A stretch of 64,000 bases of DNA from a virus, in IMG/VR virus record IMGVR_UViG_3300045988_175722, positions 32,001-96,000 of that record. One strand, given 5' to 3'. Position numbers and translations under genes: made by a program. The notes beneath the pieces are model-generated. The model ran no database searches. It was not told where the DNA came from and saw nothing but the letters and a program-made list of their open reading frames with translations. Shown piece by piece: positions 62,664 through 64,000 of the stretch (within the stretch, counting starts at the first letter, position 1; each line of letters opens with the position of its first letter).

Positions 62664-63890
62664 ATGATTATTTCAAAGACAACCAAACTCGACATCCAGC
62701 ATGAACCGCTAGACGTGAGTTGCAACATCGTCGCCCACGGCGGTATTCCCGACCGGCAGGTGTTTGATAGTGCCAGCGGCGGTTATACTCCCGACTATTC
62801 GGTAGATGCTCCGCTCTGTCTCTATCCGCAGTGCCGAGCCTTCGGTTCCAACGAGAGTACGCCGGATGGCGGTATCGTTAACAGTGACGCAAAGAACTTT
62901 TCTTTTGCCTGGTATGAGCTTGTGTTCGATAAGGCGAAAAATAAGTACGTGCGTGGCGAAGCCCTTAAAAGCAGTGCTTCCTACACTGTGGTAGAAACAT
63001 CAGCCGATGGACTGATTCGAGGCATGCTGCTGGTACGCAAGAATGCCCAGCCGAACAATCCGATCCGTCTGGAGTTTGAAGCCAATTACACCGACAAGGC
63101 AAACCGCGTACTCCACTATCTGGGGCAGAAGAACGTAACCTGCGATGATATGGAGGCTGCCACTCCAGTGATGCACCTTACGCCTACATCGTCTATCTTC
63201 AATCCTCTGAAGGAAAATTCAAAGGTGACTTTTGATGTATTGATTACCGACGGCAACAGCAATATCACTAACAATAAAAATGTGCTTATCAAGTGGTACC
63301 GCAAGGTGAACGTGAACGGCACATCTTACGATTTGCAGGAGGTGAAGGCTAGCGGCATTGACGATGTAGAAGTTCTTGAACTCTCTACCAAAACCGTTAC
63401 CATCGACGGCAAGGACGTAAGTTCGCCGGGCAGCAAGCTCACCATCGACCGCAGTCTGATAGGCGAGGAGATACAGTATGTGTGCAAGGCAATACGCCGT
63501 CCTACCCTGTCAAAATCAGATGATTTCACCGATCGAGATCCATCGCAGACCGTGGGTGTGCGCTGGCAACTTCCAGCCATCAAGGTGACAACCTACGGCA
63601 TGATGGACACCGCCGACGAGCAGCAGGAGACTATCAATCCTAGCTTCGATATTCGTGACGTGCAGACGCAGGAAGTATATGAAAACTGGGCTGACTTCTA
63701 CAACATCTCCTGGCAGGTGAAGAATCCGGGCGAAATCGCCTTCAAGGAAGTTTCTACCGAAGCCAACCCTTCTATTCCGTTTATAGCGGGCATGGGGGTG
63801 CAGCTGGGCGTAGAGCCAAAGGGACCGAAGAAACTGGTTACTGCAGGCGGCAAGCAAATGACGATAGACGGCAAGTTCCTGGTAGTATAA
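62664..63890 (+). CDS. hypothetical structural protein (tail fibre module by position)
   Basis: 408-aa co-oriented ORF. Confidence 0.55.
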   Translation: MIISKTTKLDIQHEPLDVSCNIVAHGGIPDRQVFDSASGGYTPDYSVDAPLCLYPQCRAFGSNESTPDGGIVNSDAKNFSFAWYELVFDKAKNKYVRGEALKSSASYTVVETSADGLIRGMLLVRKNAQPNNPIRLEFEANYTDKANRVLHYLGQKNVTCDDMEAATPVMHLTPTSSIFNPLKENSKVTFDVLITDGNSNITNNKNVLIKWYRKVNVNGTSYDLQEVKASGIDDVEVLELSTKTVTIDGKDVSSPGSKLTIDRSLIGEEIQYVCKAIRRPTLSKSDDFTDRDPSQTVGVRWQLPAIKVTTYGMMDTADEQQETINPSFDIRDVQTQEVYENWADFYNISWQVKNPGEIAFKEVSTEANPSIPFIAGMGVQLGVEPKGPKKLVTAGGKQMTIDGKFLVV

Positions 63891-63891
63891 A

Positions 63892-63923
63892 GCCCCCGTC
63901 CCCAGCGATTCTATCGCTGGTCC
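63892..63923 (+). repeat. 32-nt hairpin motif, copy 17
   Basis: GCCCCCGTCCCCAGCGATTCTATCGCTGGTCC, 1 nt after the stop at 63890. Confidence 0.9.
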
Positions 63924-63973
63924 AATAACAAATAAGAAAAATAAATTATTAACAAAAAAAAATAAAAGAAATT

Positions 63974-64000
63974 ATGGGTACAGATTTTCCTAGAATCAAG
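63974..64000 (+). CDS. start of a further ORF (partial, runs off the window end)
   Basis: The ATG lies 51 nt after hairpin motif copy 17, and the frame stays open to the window end. Confidence 0.3.

Noticed and set aside
59263-63890. A diversity-generating retroelement acting on the tail-fibre genes
   Set aside because: No reverse transcriptase-like ORF and no template/variable repeat pair were noticed in the window. This cannot be excluded for the rest of the genome.
406-63923. Whether the 17 copies of the palindromic 32-nt motif could be a CRISPR array
   Set aside because: Spacing between copies ranges from about 1 kb to more than 13 kb and is filled with protein-coding genes. There is no regular repeat-spacer periodicity and no cas genes.
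1-64000. Alternative genetic code (TAG or TGA reassignment, as in some gut phages)
   Set aside because: All three stop codons terminate well-delimited genes throughout the window. Long ORFs such as the 2091-aa tape measure gene need no recoding. Only one suspicious in-frame TAG was seen (45522).
1-64000. Lysogeny module (integrase, excisionase, CI-like repressor) or attachment site
   Set aside because: No tyrosine- or serine-recombinase motifs and no obvious HTH repressor were recognised among the translated ORFs. Lifestyle cannot be decided from this window alone.

Overview
This window looks like a contiguous piece of a tailed dsDNA phage (Caudoviricetes) genome. The host is probably a member of the Bacteroidota. 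Eight promoter-like sites fit the Bacteroides -33 TTTG / -7 TAnnTTTG consensus, and gene starts sit in A-rich leaders with no Shine-Dalgarno-like sequence. Layout: (i) 1-18.6 kb, plus strand: replication/early block with an SSB-like tail, a DnaN sliding clamp and about 35 small ORFs, including several paralog families. (ii) 18.85-24.0 kb, minus strand: large terminase and two DNA methyltransferases, one broken at a C9 tract. (iii) 24.3-32.5 kb: holin and tail genes, including a 2091-aa tape measure protein. (iv) 32.5-33.4 kb: ORF-free, iteron-rich putative origin. (v) 33.4-36.6 kb: primase-like protein, guanylate-kinase-like protein (frameshifted) and ThyX. (vi) 36.7-45.3 kb: head module (S49 protease/scaffold, major capsid protein) and a GH108 endolysin. 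(vii) 45.3-48.9 kb: an unusual cytosine-methyltransferase locus. (viii) 49.2-64 kb: putative portal and structural/tail-fibre genes, with a beta-ketoacyl synthase and an acyl carrier protein inserted among them. No integrase, repressor, reverse transcriptase, tRNA or CRISPR array was recognised. The most notable observations are these. (1) A circularly permuted C5-MTase core is flanked by 13 tandem minigenes with overlapping stops and starts, each resembling an isolated target-recognition domain. Several are gated by G/C homopolymer tracts that are in frame only at length 8. (2) A roughly 32-nt hairpin motif occurs 17 times, always on the plus (mostly coding) strand, mostly just after stop codons, with compensatory stem changes. 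(3) Two composite palindrome/iteron clusters lie in inverted orientation and bracket a 9.6-kb portal-to-KS segment. (4) A KS + ACP pair sits inside the tail-fibre module. All calls come from reading the sequence and translations by eye. No database search was run.
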